Source: a virus
Lineage: Duplodnaviria; Caudoviricetes
DNA: 26,807 nucleotides
Strand: one strand, 5' to 3'
Virus record (IMG/VR): IMGVR_UViG_3300032305_001842
Coordinates: 1 to 26,807 of that record
Part shown: piece by piece, positions 1-8,495 of the stretch
Layout of the letters: the number at the start of each line of letters is the position of its first letter
Numbering within the stretch: position 1 is the first letter of the stretch
Position numbers and translations under genes: made by a program
The notes under the pieces: generated by a model
The model's database searches: none
What the model was told of the DNA's origin: nothing
The model's input: the letters and a program-made list of their open reading frames with translations, nothing else

Positions 1-3000
1 CGGGAGCTGATGTTGCTGTCAATATAGGACTGACTTGCATTCTGCCCGAGTAAGGAGTATTTGCGCCCACACCGTTTCCTAACGTGCCCAAGAAGTTAGT
101 GACTTGCACTAGTCTATAATAAGTAGGATCACTTGTAAGTACCACATTTGATCCAGAGACTGGGTTACTTGGCAATCCTTTGACATTGAAGTAATATCCA
201 GTTTGATAATCGTCTCCGTAGCCGTTGCCACTAACTGTTGCAGATGCTGTGGTAAATTGTAATCCTCTACAGATAAATGTCGGATTGCCCAATGCGCCAT
301 TGCCTATACGTGCTTGTAAATTCATTGAGAAAGTTAATCCTGTAGATGAACCTACAACTGTTGTTAGCTTACTAGAGCTGGCTATTGCATTGGCATACGA
401 ATCGGTGATAGTGATTACCGTGACTCCGGTGCCGCCTGTTACCACATAGTAGATTTTGCCCGATGTATACCCTACAATGCTTCCGGTGCCGCTGTTTGTA
501 CCAGTTACGATAATTGCACTGCCCACAGGATATGTGCCAGTTGGTACAGTTAACTGACCAGTTGTGCCTCCGCTAAATGCCACTCCTGAAATTACAGATG
601 ACAGCGGAGTTGCACTTTGATTTGGGTCAGTTAGTGTCATTGTGGGAGCAGATGTGTACCCGCTACCAGGTTCTATCATTCTAATTTCACTGATGGTTCC
701 TGCTGATACTTTGACACGAGCCTTGGCAGTAACGCCGGTTACAATACTGTTTGCCACTGTAGAAGCATCAGTCAACGCAACCCACAGTGGTGATGCATTG
801 TTATTACCAAATGTCACTGTAGGCCAACTTGCTGTTGCTGTAAGTGTGCGAGAAGTCCAAGTAATACCATCTTCACTAGTTGCGGCAATATTGGTTGATC
901 CCGTTGCTGTTGCAAAGAATAAGCCTTGGCCGTATTCAACGTGTGCCCATGCTTGGCTGGCTGGCATTCCAGTCGGGCTTTGTACCCAAGTAATACCATC
1001 TTTTGAATATGCTGTAATTTTACTACCTGAAGAAATAGCAACAAATCTTCCGTTGCCAAATGTCACACTAGACCATGTGGCACTTGCTGGCAATGTTTGA
1101 GCTACCCATGTTGCGCCGCCGTCTATAGAAGAAGCAGCCACTGTTCCGCCTGATGCTATGGCAACAAATATTCCGTATGTTGGAGATACTGCTGGGCTTA
1201 CTGTGCCGCCCCATGCACCATATGCAACCCCGGTCCAGGTAGTGCTAGACGGCAATGCTGAATATGTCCACGCAGTACCAGCCGCACTACTTGCAGATGT
1301 TGCAGTACCCGATGCTACTGCTACAAACGTGCTGTTACCATAACACACTGATGTCCAGTTACCGCTGGTAATGGTACCTGCTGTCCATGTCAATGCATCA
1401 GTGGTTGTTGATGTTGCTGTTCCATTTGCCACTGCAACCCATCGTCCGTTACCGTGAGTTATTGCTGTCCAGGACGCACTTGCTAGCGCAACTGTTGTGC
1501 CAGCTGCCACCCAGGATGTGCCGTTGGTACTGTACATTGTGGTTGAACCGCTTGAAGGAATAGCTAGATACAAGCCGCCAATACCTGTTCCTGTCCAGGT
1601 GTAGTTAACAACAGCACCTGAGCTGACCAAATTTACAACAACTGTAATATCGTTTGCAGGGCTAGTTCCGCCTAGACTTGTTCCTGGAACTGTCAGTACG
1701 TCTCCTACTTTATAACCAGCGCCGCCGCCTGCTAACACAACCGAGTATGCTACTCCAGTTCTATTTACAGTGAATGATGCGACAATAGTTGGTGAGCCGC
1801 CTGTAGCCGCAACACTTGAATATACGCCAGTCGTTGCACCGTACTGTACATCTGTCCAGGCTGCATTTGTCTGTGTTCTAGCTGTGGCTGTAAATCCAGG
1901 AGCACTAAATTTCAAACGAGGCTCAATAATATATGCGCTAGTTAAATCAAGTGCGGCAGCAATTGCAGTGCCCGGAACAACATGATCCCATCCCACAGCG
2001 TTTAGTGTCATTGGGCCACCTGAGCTAGCAGTGCCTACTGATATTGCTGAGCCGCCAGAGCCTGATGCCACACTAAATTGTGTTGCTGTAATACTTGCGC
2101 CAACCACATAATAAACAGTGCCGATTGCCAATGTACAACCTGTTAACAATGTGCCTGTAAATATAATTGGCATGTTATTATACAGTGCAGATGTATCAGC
2201 TACAGTTAGTAGACTTGAGCCAGCCGCTGTTACTGCCAGTGCAGAGAATGATTCTTTACAAACATAACCTATCTTTGCTCCAGAGAATGTGGCAAAATAT
2301 GCAAACTGTCCTGCGCCTGAGCCGCTGGTAATTTGAATTCGCATACCGATGTAAGCGCCTGCGGCTCCTAGGTCAGTTGCAGAAATAGTTACCAACTGAG
2401 CAGTGCCGCCCTGACATACGTTTGTTTGGGTCACAAAGTTTGAACCATAACTAACTACGTTTCTAGTTTGGAATACTGCACCGTCTCGGAATTCGTCTGC
2501 GACGGTTAGCACGTTATATCCTGTTCCACTTATAGAATATGTAGCTGTATTGTAATTAGATCCAGCATTTAAATATTCAAAACATAAAATTTGATCTTTA
2601 CCATCTGTAACTACGTTTTGTACAGTTGCAGGATAGTATCTGTTGTCTACAGTAGCAGTAACGGGAGTTTCAAATGTATCTACGCCTTCAGCAAGAACAC
2701 CGTATGTACCGTACGAGCTGTTGCCGTTAGTAGCACGGATTTTTCCGCCTAATTCTGCTAGGTATCCCACATACCCATAGTATGAGAATACTGATACAAG
2801 CTCTGTCAATGCGTTAGAACCAGTACACCATACTCCAATACCGTCACTTAATACTTGCGTGAAGTCATTGGAAACGATAGATCGATTTCCACCTTGATGT
2901 AGCGCACCGTCAATTTTACAACCAACACAGGCAGTACCAAATGTTGTCACGTTTTGTATGTATGGCGAACGTTGTTTAATCCATGCGTTACTGTCATAAG

Positions 3001-6000
3001 GGCCAAAGCCTGGATCTAAACTGGTGTATGCTCCAGCAGTTGGACGTTTTGTGCCGTATGCATTATCTGCACTCAATGTACCAGTAAGGCCGCTAACAGT
3101 CATGTTGCGCAAGCCGGTGGCATTGCGTACATAGTACATGTCTGACAACAATGATCCGCTAACTGCATTGTTGTACAATGTGACTGCACGACGTGTTTTG
3201 TAATTTCCAGGGAAATTTGTATCATACACCAACGCATCGATGTAAGTTTCCATGTCTTTAATGATATTAGCATTACCTGTATACGTTACAACCATAGTGC
3301 CGCCAGATGCAACATTGCTTAATCCTAGAACAGTTCCGTTAAACTGCTGAGAAATAGTAAATGTTGTACCAGTTAGACTAGTAGATGTTACATAGTATGT
3401 TGTACCCGCAACAATATTGCCGCCAATAACAGTTCCAGAGAACACAACAGGGTCACCAGCTAACAAATTATGTGCTGAACTGGTTGTAATAACGTTGCTG
3501 GCAATACTTTGACATGTGCCTCTATTGACTGATTTAATATACGCATCTGCTTCGTATACTAAGAATTTTTTATTAGCACGTAAAATTTCAGCGCCTTTGA
3601 TTGTTGAAAGCGTGTTATTATATGTTGTTGTGCCGCTGGTCACTAACAATCCATTTACAGTTGTTGCGATTGTTGAACTAGTAGTTGTCCACAAGGCAAC
3701 AGCACTGCCGTTATAACTAGCAGTGACGGTTAACTGTGTTGCATTTACTACTGATGCAATCCAATAAGTTTTATAAGCCTTTAGACCGCCGGTTGCTGAT
3801 GCAAACACAATAGTCATACCAGCTGCCATATTAGCTGTACTTGTTACTGTTACATAATTTGTACTAGTTGTTGTAGCAGTTGTGGTTGTTGTAATTGAAC
3901 CAATAATTGAGTTTGTTGCATCATTGATAATTTCACCGGCTGCTACAGTAAATCCTGTTGCGACATATGATTCAGCTTTGGCTCCAATTAATGTAATTGA
4001 TGAGATAGTTGCACTGTTCTGAGAATTAATATCATTGATAATCGCCTGTGCAGAGGTGTTTGCAGAATTATAACGGCGTGCCGCTTGCAAACTATTAAAG
4101 TTAGTACCCAATACCATGTCATAGCTTAGTGCATCAACTACTAGGCCCGCATCACGGATAGTTAATGTATCACTAATGTTGTATGCTTGGTAATATTTTC
4201 TAATCCAACCATATGCATCGTTTGCAATTTCTGTTCTTGCGCCTTGCAATGAATTGTAAGCGGATTGTAGTGCAGATGTTGCCAGTGCTATTGAAGCTGC
4301 CTGTGAAACTGTTGCAGGTGCCGTTCCGTTAGTTGACCAATCGATAACATCCTGCACACGAGCTTGCGCAAAAGTTGCAGAGCCTGCTGATCCTGCTGTT
4401 CCAGTAGTAACTTGTGTTGCAGTATTTCCAGCTGATACGCTGACTGCTGTTTTTAGAATAATTTGTCCAACAACAACTTTTAATCTTGCCAGGGCGGCAG
4501 CAGTTGCACCAACATAGCCATTAACAATTTGATTAATTCCTAATGACCAATATGCACTGCCGTTAACTAGGCTGGCTTGGTTGCCACCGTAGGTCATATC
4601 ATACTGGAGACTGTCTAGTAGATAGTATATATCACGCAGTGTAGATGCTTGATTGTCTGCACCAATAGTGCTCCAGTTAAATCCGCCTGTAGTGTAACCA
4701 TTTAAAAACGCTTGAATTTCTTCACGGATGAATTGATAGTTTTGTACAATCTGTGCTTTGCCATCACCGTATCCTACTAGATAACTTGAATTGTAACCTG
4801 TTGGATTTGTAAATGTAAATGCCGAACCACCGTTGGTAACACCGGTCATTGTACCACTAGCGGCTGTGAATGTAATTGCACTTCCACCTTGTGAGGCACT
4901 GATTGTGATAGTAGCCGCATCCACAACTGAAACTACCCAGTACAGTCTATTGGCAACCAATGTACCAAATGCTGTTCCAGATAATATTAGTGTGTCGCCA
5001 GCAGTAATTTTAGCTGTGCTATCAACAGTTACACTGGTTCCTGTTGCAATTGCTGTCACAGTAATAGATGCTGAAATGCCGTTTTTAATAAACTGATTAA
5101 TTACTTGCGCACTGGATACTACACTATTAACAGCGGCTTGGCTACCGGTGTCGCCAGTAAAGCCCAAGTTAAGAACGTTGCTGTTAACTGTACCGGCAAC
5201 TGTTTGCGGGCCTGCTGTGGCATTGGTATAACTTACACTGGTTGTTGTGCAGGCAGTAACAGTATAACTACCGTTAAATCCTGCTGGTGTCACACCAGCA
5301 ACATAAATTGTTGAACCTACAACAAACGGTGCTGTTGTTTGTGTAGCAAAAGTTAGCGTGGCAGTACCTGCTATATTGCTGGCACTAGTTGTTGCTAGAT
5401 TCTGTAAATTGCCGCTGGTTGCTGTGATAGCGGTATTGGCCATCAAGTTAGACAACTGGCTCTTGATTCTAGTTAATCCTTGAATAGATCTTAATTTATC
5501 ATTAGATAGATTAGGATTAGAAAAAGCAGGTTGAACCACAGTACCACGAAGTTCATCACCGACTATAGCAGTGTATGTTGGAATTACGATAGGTAAAATT
5601 TCGCTAAATGTTCCTGTCTTAACATTGATTGTAGTCTGAGGATAAATTGGAACTGGAACTGATGTAGTATTGCCTGCGGTAAGTCCTGATGTGATAATAG
5701 TTAATAGGTTTGAAACAACTGATGATGTTCCATTTTCTGCAAGCAACGATGCATCTTTGATTTGCAATGCTTGATTTCCGCCAGCAACACTATTTAAAGT
5801 TTGATAATTGCTAGCAGGAGTTGATTGTGCTAATACATTGCCAATAAGTGTTGACATATATGTTAGTGCTGATACAAATGCGGTTATGTCTCCAGCAATA
5901 ACACCAGATACATATGCATTGCCTGCGGCATTATAGTAAGCATACAAATTAGTAACAGTGAAACTTGTTCCGCCACGGCTAATATCATTGGCTAGTCCGT

Positions 6001-8434
6001 CAACTATCAAACCAGCATCTCTTTCTGTTTTGCTAACGCTGAATGAGTAATTACCAGTGTTGGATATTGCTCCGGCATTATTTAAAGAAACAATACTTCC
6101 AGCTAGCGCAGTTGTACCAATACTAAATGTTGTGCTAGTAAAGTTTGTAGAAATTACAAAATATGTTGTTCCAACTGTAACTCCACCGGCGGTGCCAGTA
6201 AACGTAATTGGCATTCCAATATAAATTCCGGCAGTAGATGCTGTAGTAAATGTAGTAGCACTGGCATTAGTCACAGTTACTTTATAGGTATATGTTATAT
6301 AATTACTAATTTCTTTGATAATGAATTGCTTGTTTTTAGCAATTAAATCCCGTGTGCTGACATTTAGATAACCATCTTCAACTGCCCTGGCGGCATATTG
6401 AACAGTCTTCCAAGGCTTATCCAATGTTGTGCCTGCGCCTGCAGCCAAGGTATCTGTTCCTGTTAAGCCTACATATACTACATTGTTGATTTGTCCAAAG
6501 TATGACCATGTTGGGGTTGTACCAGTTGCACGTAGAATTTGTCCGTCTGTTCCTATCGGCAAGCGTGTTGGGCCACCTCCGCCCATATACACCATATCGC
6601 CTTGTGTGGTTAAAATATTAGCAACCGAGCCTGCTGCCATTAGATTCCAATAAGTTCCTACAGTATCATTGTCTGGTCTATTACCAGTACCGGATGTGTG
6701 ATTTAAAATACAAATATAAGAATTAACACCAACGGTAACTGTATCGCCTAGATAGTAAACAGTAGTAGTTGCCCAAGTTGCGGCAAATCCTGTAGATGAA
6801 ATACTTGCAATAGCACCTGTAGATACAGAAGCAACTGTTATTAGAATATCATTAGCCGGGCTGATGCCGCCAACTTGTGTACCTAAAATCTTAATAGTAT
6901 CATTAACAGCATATCCGCTGCCATTGGCATTTCTTGTTACTGCATATGTTGTACCGCTAGTAGTAACATTGAATGTTGCACTTACGCCTGAACTAATAAC
7001 GTTAGTTCCGACTAGAGCTGTGTATGTTTTTGCAGTGTCAGCCCACTTAATTCCGCTGTTTAGTCTAGACCAGAAAGTTGCATTTGGCGGTACATTTGCG
7101 CCGCTTGACGTGTTGTCAAGAATACAAACATAAGTGTATCCGTTGACTCGTACAACGTGTCCAACTCTGTATGCAACTGACGATGCTGACCAGTCGCCCT
7201 GGAAACTAAATCCAGTAGTAAACACAGTCCAATCTGACGGACTGCTTGTTGGAACTGCGTTGGTATTTACTGACAGTCCGACAAACACAAAACCACCATA
7301 GGTTACCAAATCGCCCGGTTGATATGTTGTTGAGCTTGACCAGCTGTTATAAAACTGTAGGCCGGCAACCCAAATAGACCAGTTACCTGTAGCAAATGCC
7401 GCAGTTGATGTATGTGCTGTTGTACAAATCCAAAGGTCAGCACCATATTTTACAACATCGTTTAGTTTATAACGTACTGCACTGGCACTCCAGTCACCTA
7501 AGTAAATAATACCTTTGTGAAATATGTCCCACTTGGCTAGATCAGCTTCAAGAGCCAGTTGTCCGACACCAGTTATGGTACCAGCAACAGTTTGAGGACC
7601 GTGTGTTCCTGCTAATACATATGTCACCTGAGTTGTTGAACAAGTTAAAACTGTAGCAGTTATGTTAAATGCTACTGGAGTTACTCCGGCAACCGTGATT
7701 GATGCTCCAACAGCATATGGCGGAACTACCTGTGCCGCAAATGTTAATGTTGCTGTGCCGCCTGTTGCAGATGCGGCTGTGGTAACTATTACTGCATTTG
7801 TTGCTTGAGAAGTGTGGCCGGTGTTACAAATGTACGAAACACCGCCGTAAAGAACAACATCGTTAATTTTGTATCGAGTGGCATTTGCCCACGAGCTTAA
7901 CCAATTAAATCCTTTTGAATAAACATCCCAGTAAGCCAAGTTTAATTCTAAACCGTTAGCTACTGTGGCTGCTGAAGTATGTCCTGTATTGGCAACATAT
8001 GTGTTTCCGCCGTATCTTACAAGATCATTTGCCTTGTATCGTGTGCTGATTGCCCAGTCACCCTGGAAACTAAAACTAGTCGCATAAACGTCCCACTTTG
8101 CCTGATCGTTTTCAAGACCCAAACTGGCTGTGGCTGCTGAGGTGTGAGAAGTGTTACAAATATATAAACGGCCACCATAAATTACTAAGTCGTTTATTGA
8201 GTACAGTGCGGTTGTAGTCCATGCATTTTTCCATGCACTGCCGTCACTGACCTGACTCCAGTATGTGGGATTGTTAGTTACATCTGTACTAAAACTTGAA
8301 GAGCTAGTATGCCCAACGACGCACAAGTATGTTCTACCACCCACACGAACGATATCATCTTTCGTAAAGGTTGTAGATCCGGCCCAAGTACCCTTCCAAA
8401 TAAAGCGTATTCTACCTAGTTTAAATTCAGCCAT
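1..8434 (-). CDS. Giant modular virion/fibre protein A (>2810 aa, 3' end outside the window); paralog of 8496-18089
   Basis: Not in the ORF track. Manual translation from ATG at 8434 (GGAG upstream) gives MAEFKLGRIRFIWKGTWAGSTTFTKDDIVRVGG, matching MADFKINRIRFTWKNTW of the neighbour. The same frame at bases 2-165 reads NPVSGSNVVLTSDPTYYRLVQV...MQVSPILTATSAP, matching PTPGAALNISGDPVQYRVV...FQISPPLTITKAP. A stop in this frame would have produced a listed ORF from 8434. Confidence 0.93.
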   Translation of the reverse strand, partial: MAEFKLGRIRFIWKGTWAGSTTFTKDDIVRVGGRTYLCVVGHTSSSSFSTDVTNNPTYWSQVSDGSAWKNAWTTTALYSINDLVIYGGRLYICNTSHTSAATASLGLENDQAKWDVYATSFSFQGDWAISTRYKANDLVRYGGNTYVANTGHTSAATVANGLELNLAYWDVYSKGFNWLSSWANATRYKINDVVLYGGVSYICNTGHTSQATNAVIVTTAASATGGTATLTFAAQVVPPYAVGASITVAGVTPVAFNITATVLTCSTTQVTYVLAGTHGPQTVAGTITGVGQLALEADLAKWDIFHKGIIYLGDWSASAVRYKLNDVVKYGADLWICTTAHTSTAAFATGNWSIWVAGLQFYNSWSSSTTYQPGDLVTYGGFVFVGLSVNTNAVPTSSPSDWTVFTTGFSFQGDWSASSVAYRVGHVVRVNGYTYVCILDNTSSGANVPPNATFWSRLNSGIKWADTAKTYTALVGTNVISSGVSATFNVTTSGTTYAVTRNANGSGYAVNDTIKILGTQVGGISPANDILITVASVSTGAIASISSTGFAATWATTTVYYLGDTVTVGVNSYICILNHTSGTGNRPDNDTVGTYWNLMAAGSVANILTTQGDMVYMGGGGPTRLPIGTDGQILRATGTTPTWSYFGQINNVVYVGLTGTDTLAAGAGTTLDKPWKTVQYAARAVEDGYLNVSTRDLIAKNKQFIIKEISNYITYTYKVTVTNASATTFTTASTAGIYIGMPITFTGTAGGVTVGTTYFVISTNFTSTTFSIGTTALAGSIVSLNNAGAISNTGNYSFSVSKTERDAGLIVDGLANDISRGGTSFTVTNLYAYYNAAGNAYVSGVIAGDITAFVSALTYMSTLIGNVLAQSTPASNYQTLNSVAGGNQALQIKDASLLAENGTSSVVSNLLTIITSGLTAGNTTSVPVPIYPQTTINVKTGTFSEILPIVIPTYTAIVGDELRGTVVQPAFSNPNLSNDKLRSIQGLTRIKSQLSNLMANTAITATSGNLQNLATTSASNIAGTATLTFATQTTAPFVVGSTIYVAGVTPAGFNGSYTVTACTTTSVSYTNATAGPQTVAGTVNSNVLNLGFTGDTGSQAAVNSVVSSAQVINQFIKNGISASITVTAIATGTSVTVDSTAKITAGDTLILSGTAFGTLVANRLYWVVSVVDAATITISASQGGSAITFTAASGTMTGVTNGGSAFTFTNPTGYNSSYLVGYGDGKAQIVQNYQFIREEIQAFLNGYTTGGFNWSTIGADNQASTLRDIYYLLDSLQYDMTYGGNQASLVNGSAYWSLGINQIVNGYVGATAAALARLKVVVGQIILKTAVSVSAGNTATQVTTGTAGSAGSATFAQARVQDVIDWSTNGTAPATVSQAASIALATSALQSAYNSLQGARTEIANDAYGWIRKYYQAYNISDTLTIRDAGLVVDALSYDMVLGTNFNSLQAARRYNSANTSAQAIINDINSQNSATISSITLIGAKAESYVATGFTVAAGEIINDATNSIIGSITTTTTATTTSTNYVTVTSTANMAAGMTIVFASATGGLKAYKTYWIASVVNATQLTVTASYNGSAVALWTTTSSTIATTVNGLLVTSGTTTYNNTLSTIKGAEILRANKKFLVYEADAYIKSVNRGTCQSIASNVITTSSAHNLLAGDPVVFSGTVIGGNIVAGTTYYVTSTSLTGTTFTISQQFNGTVLGLSNVASGGTMVVTYTGNANIIKDMETYIDALVYDTNFPGNYKTRRAVTLYNNAVSGSLLSDMYYVRNATGLRNMTVSGLTGTLSADNAYGTKRPTAGAYTSLDPGFGPYDSNAWIKQRSPYIQNVTTFGTACVGCKIDGALHQGGNRSIVSNDFTQVLSDGIGVWCTGSNALTELVSVFSYYGYVGYLAELGGKIRATNGNSSYGTYGVLAEGVDTFETPVTATVDNRYYPATVQNVVTDGKDQILCFEYLNAGSNYNTATYSISGTGYNVLTVADEFRDGAVFQTRNVVSYGSNFVTQTNVCQGGTAQLVTISATDLGAAGAYIGMRIQITSGSGAGQFAYFATFSGAKIGYVCKESFSALAVTAAGSSLLTVADTSALYNNMPIIFTGTLLTGCTLAIGTVYYVVGASITATQFSVASGSGGSAISVGTASSGGPMTLNAVGWDHVVPGTAIAAALDLTSAYIIEPRLKFSAPGFTATARTQTNAAWTDVQYGATTGVYSSVAATGGSPTIVASFTVNRTGVAYSVVLAGGGAGYKVGDVLTVPGTSLGGTSPANDITVVVNLVSSGAVVNYTWTGTGIGGLYLAIPSSGSTTMYSTNGTSWVAAGTTVALASASWTAITHGNGRWVAVANGTATSTTTDALTWTAGTITSGNWTSVCYGNSTFVAVASGTATSASSAAGTAWTYSALPSSTTWTGVAYGAWGGTVSPAVSPTYGIFVAIASGGTVAASSIDGGATWVAQTLPASATWSSVTFGNGRFVAISSGSKITAYSKDGITWVQSPTGMPASQAWAHVEYGQGLFFATATGSTNIAATSEDGITWTSRTLTATASWPTVTFGNNNASPLWVALTDASTVANSIVTGVTAKARVKVSAGTISEIRMIEPGSGYTSAPTMTLTDPNQSATPLSSVISGVAFSGGTTGQLTVPTGTYPVGSAIIVTGTNSGTGSIVGYTSGKIYYVVTGGTGVTVITITDSYANAIASSSKLTTVVGSSTGLTFSMNLQARIGNGALGNPTFICRGLQFTTASATVSGNGYGDDYQTGYYFNVKGLPSNPVSGSNVVLTSDPTYYRLVQVTNFLGTLGNGVGANTPYSGRMQVSPILTATSAP
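760..1900 (-). repeat. W-x-x-V-x-Y/F-G-x-G-x-F-V-A-V repeats, probable beta-propeller, in giant A
   Basis: Repeated WxxVxYGNGxFVAV-type blades with S-x-D/N-G-x-x-W turns. An equivalent block is in giant B at about 10200-11600. The fold is inferred; bounds approximate. Confidence 0.65.
1649..1689. repeat. 41-bp exact direct repeat, copy 1 (encodes PGTSLGGTSPAND)
   Basis: ATCGTTTGCAGGGCTAGTTCCGCCTAGACTTGTTCCTGGAA, identical to 10668-10708. Confidence 0.95.
3150..6380 (-). repeat. Four alpha-helical repeats (N-x-x-F-I-x-x-E ... R/K-D-x-x-x-x-x-D-x-L-x-x-D-x-x-x-x-G/T-N) in giant A
   Basis: KTERDAGLIVDGLANDISRGG (~6030), TLRDIYYLLDSLQYDMTYGGN (~4640), TIRDAGLVVDALSYDMVLGTN (~4160), IIKDMETYIDALVYDTNFPGN (~3260). 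None found in giant B. Confidence 0.8.
6640..8400 (-). repeat. Eight W-x3-T-x-Y-x3-D-x-V-x-Y-G-G-x2-Y-x-C repeats (CBM5/12-like) at the N-terminus of giant A
   Basis: Examples: WAISTRYKANDLVRYGGNTY, WANATRYKINDVVLYGGVSYIC, WSSSTTYQPGDLVTYGG. The motif resembles chitin-binding type 3 (CBM5/12) modules; family assignment by recognition only. Confidence 0.75.
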
Positions 8435-8462
8435 TCAAAACTCCAAGTTTCTTAATATTTTA

Positions 8463-8470
8463 TATTTATG
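8463..8470 (-). promoter_or_regulatory. Putative T4-type late promoter (CATAAATA)
   Basis: 1 mismatch to TATAAATA; intergenic, 28 nt upstream of the giant A start. Confidence 0.6.
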
Positions 8471-8495
8471 CTTTTGCTACGATCATGTTTCGATC

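Noticed and set aside
8480-8495. GATC...GATC inverted repeat between the giants as a terminator
   Set aside because: The stem is only 4 bp and there is no U-tract on the coding strand.
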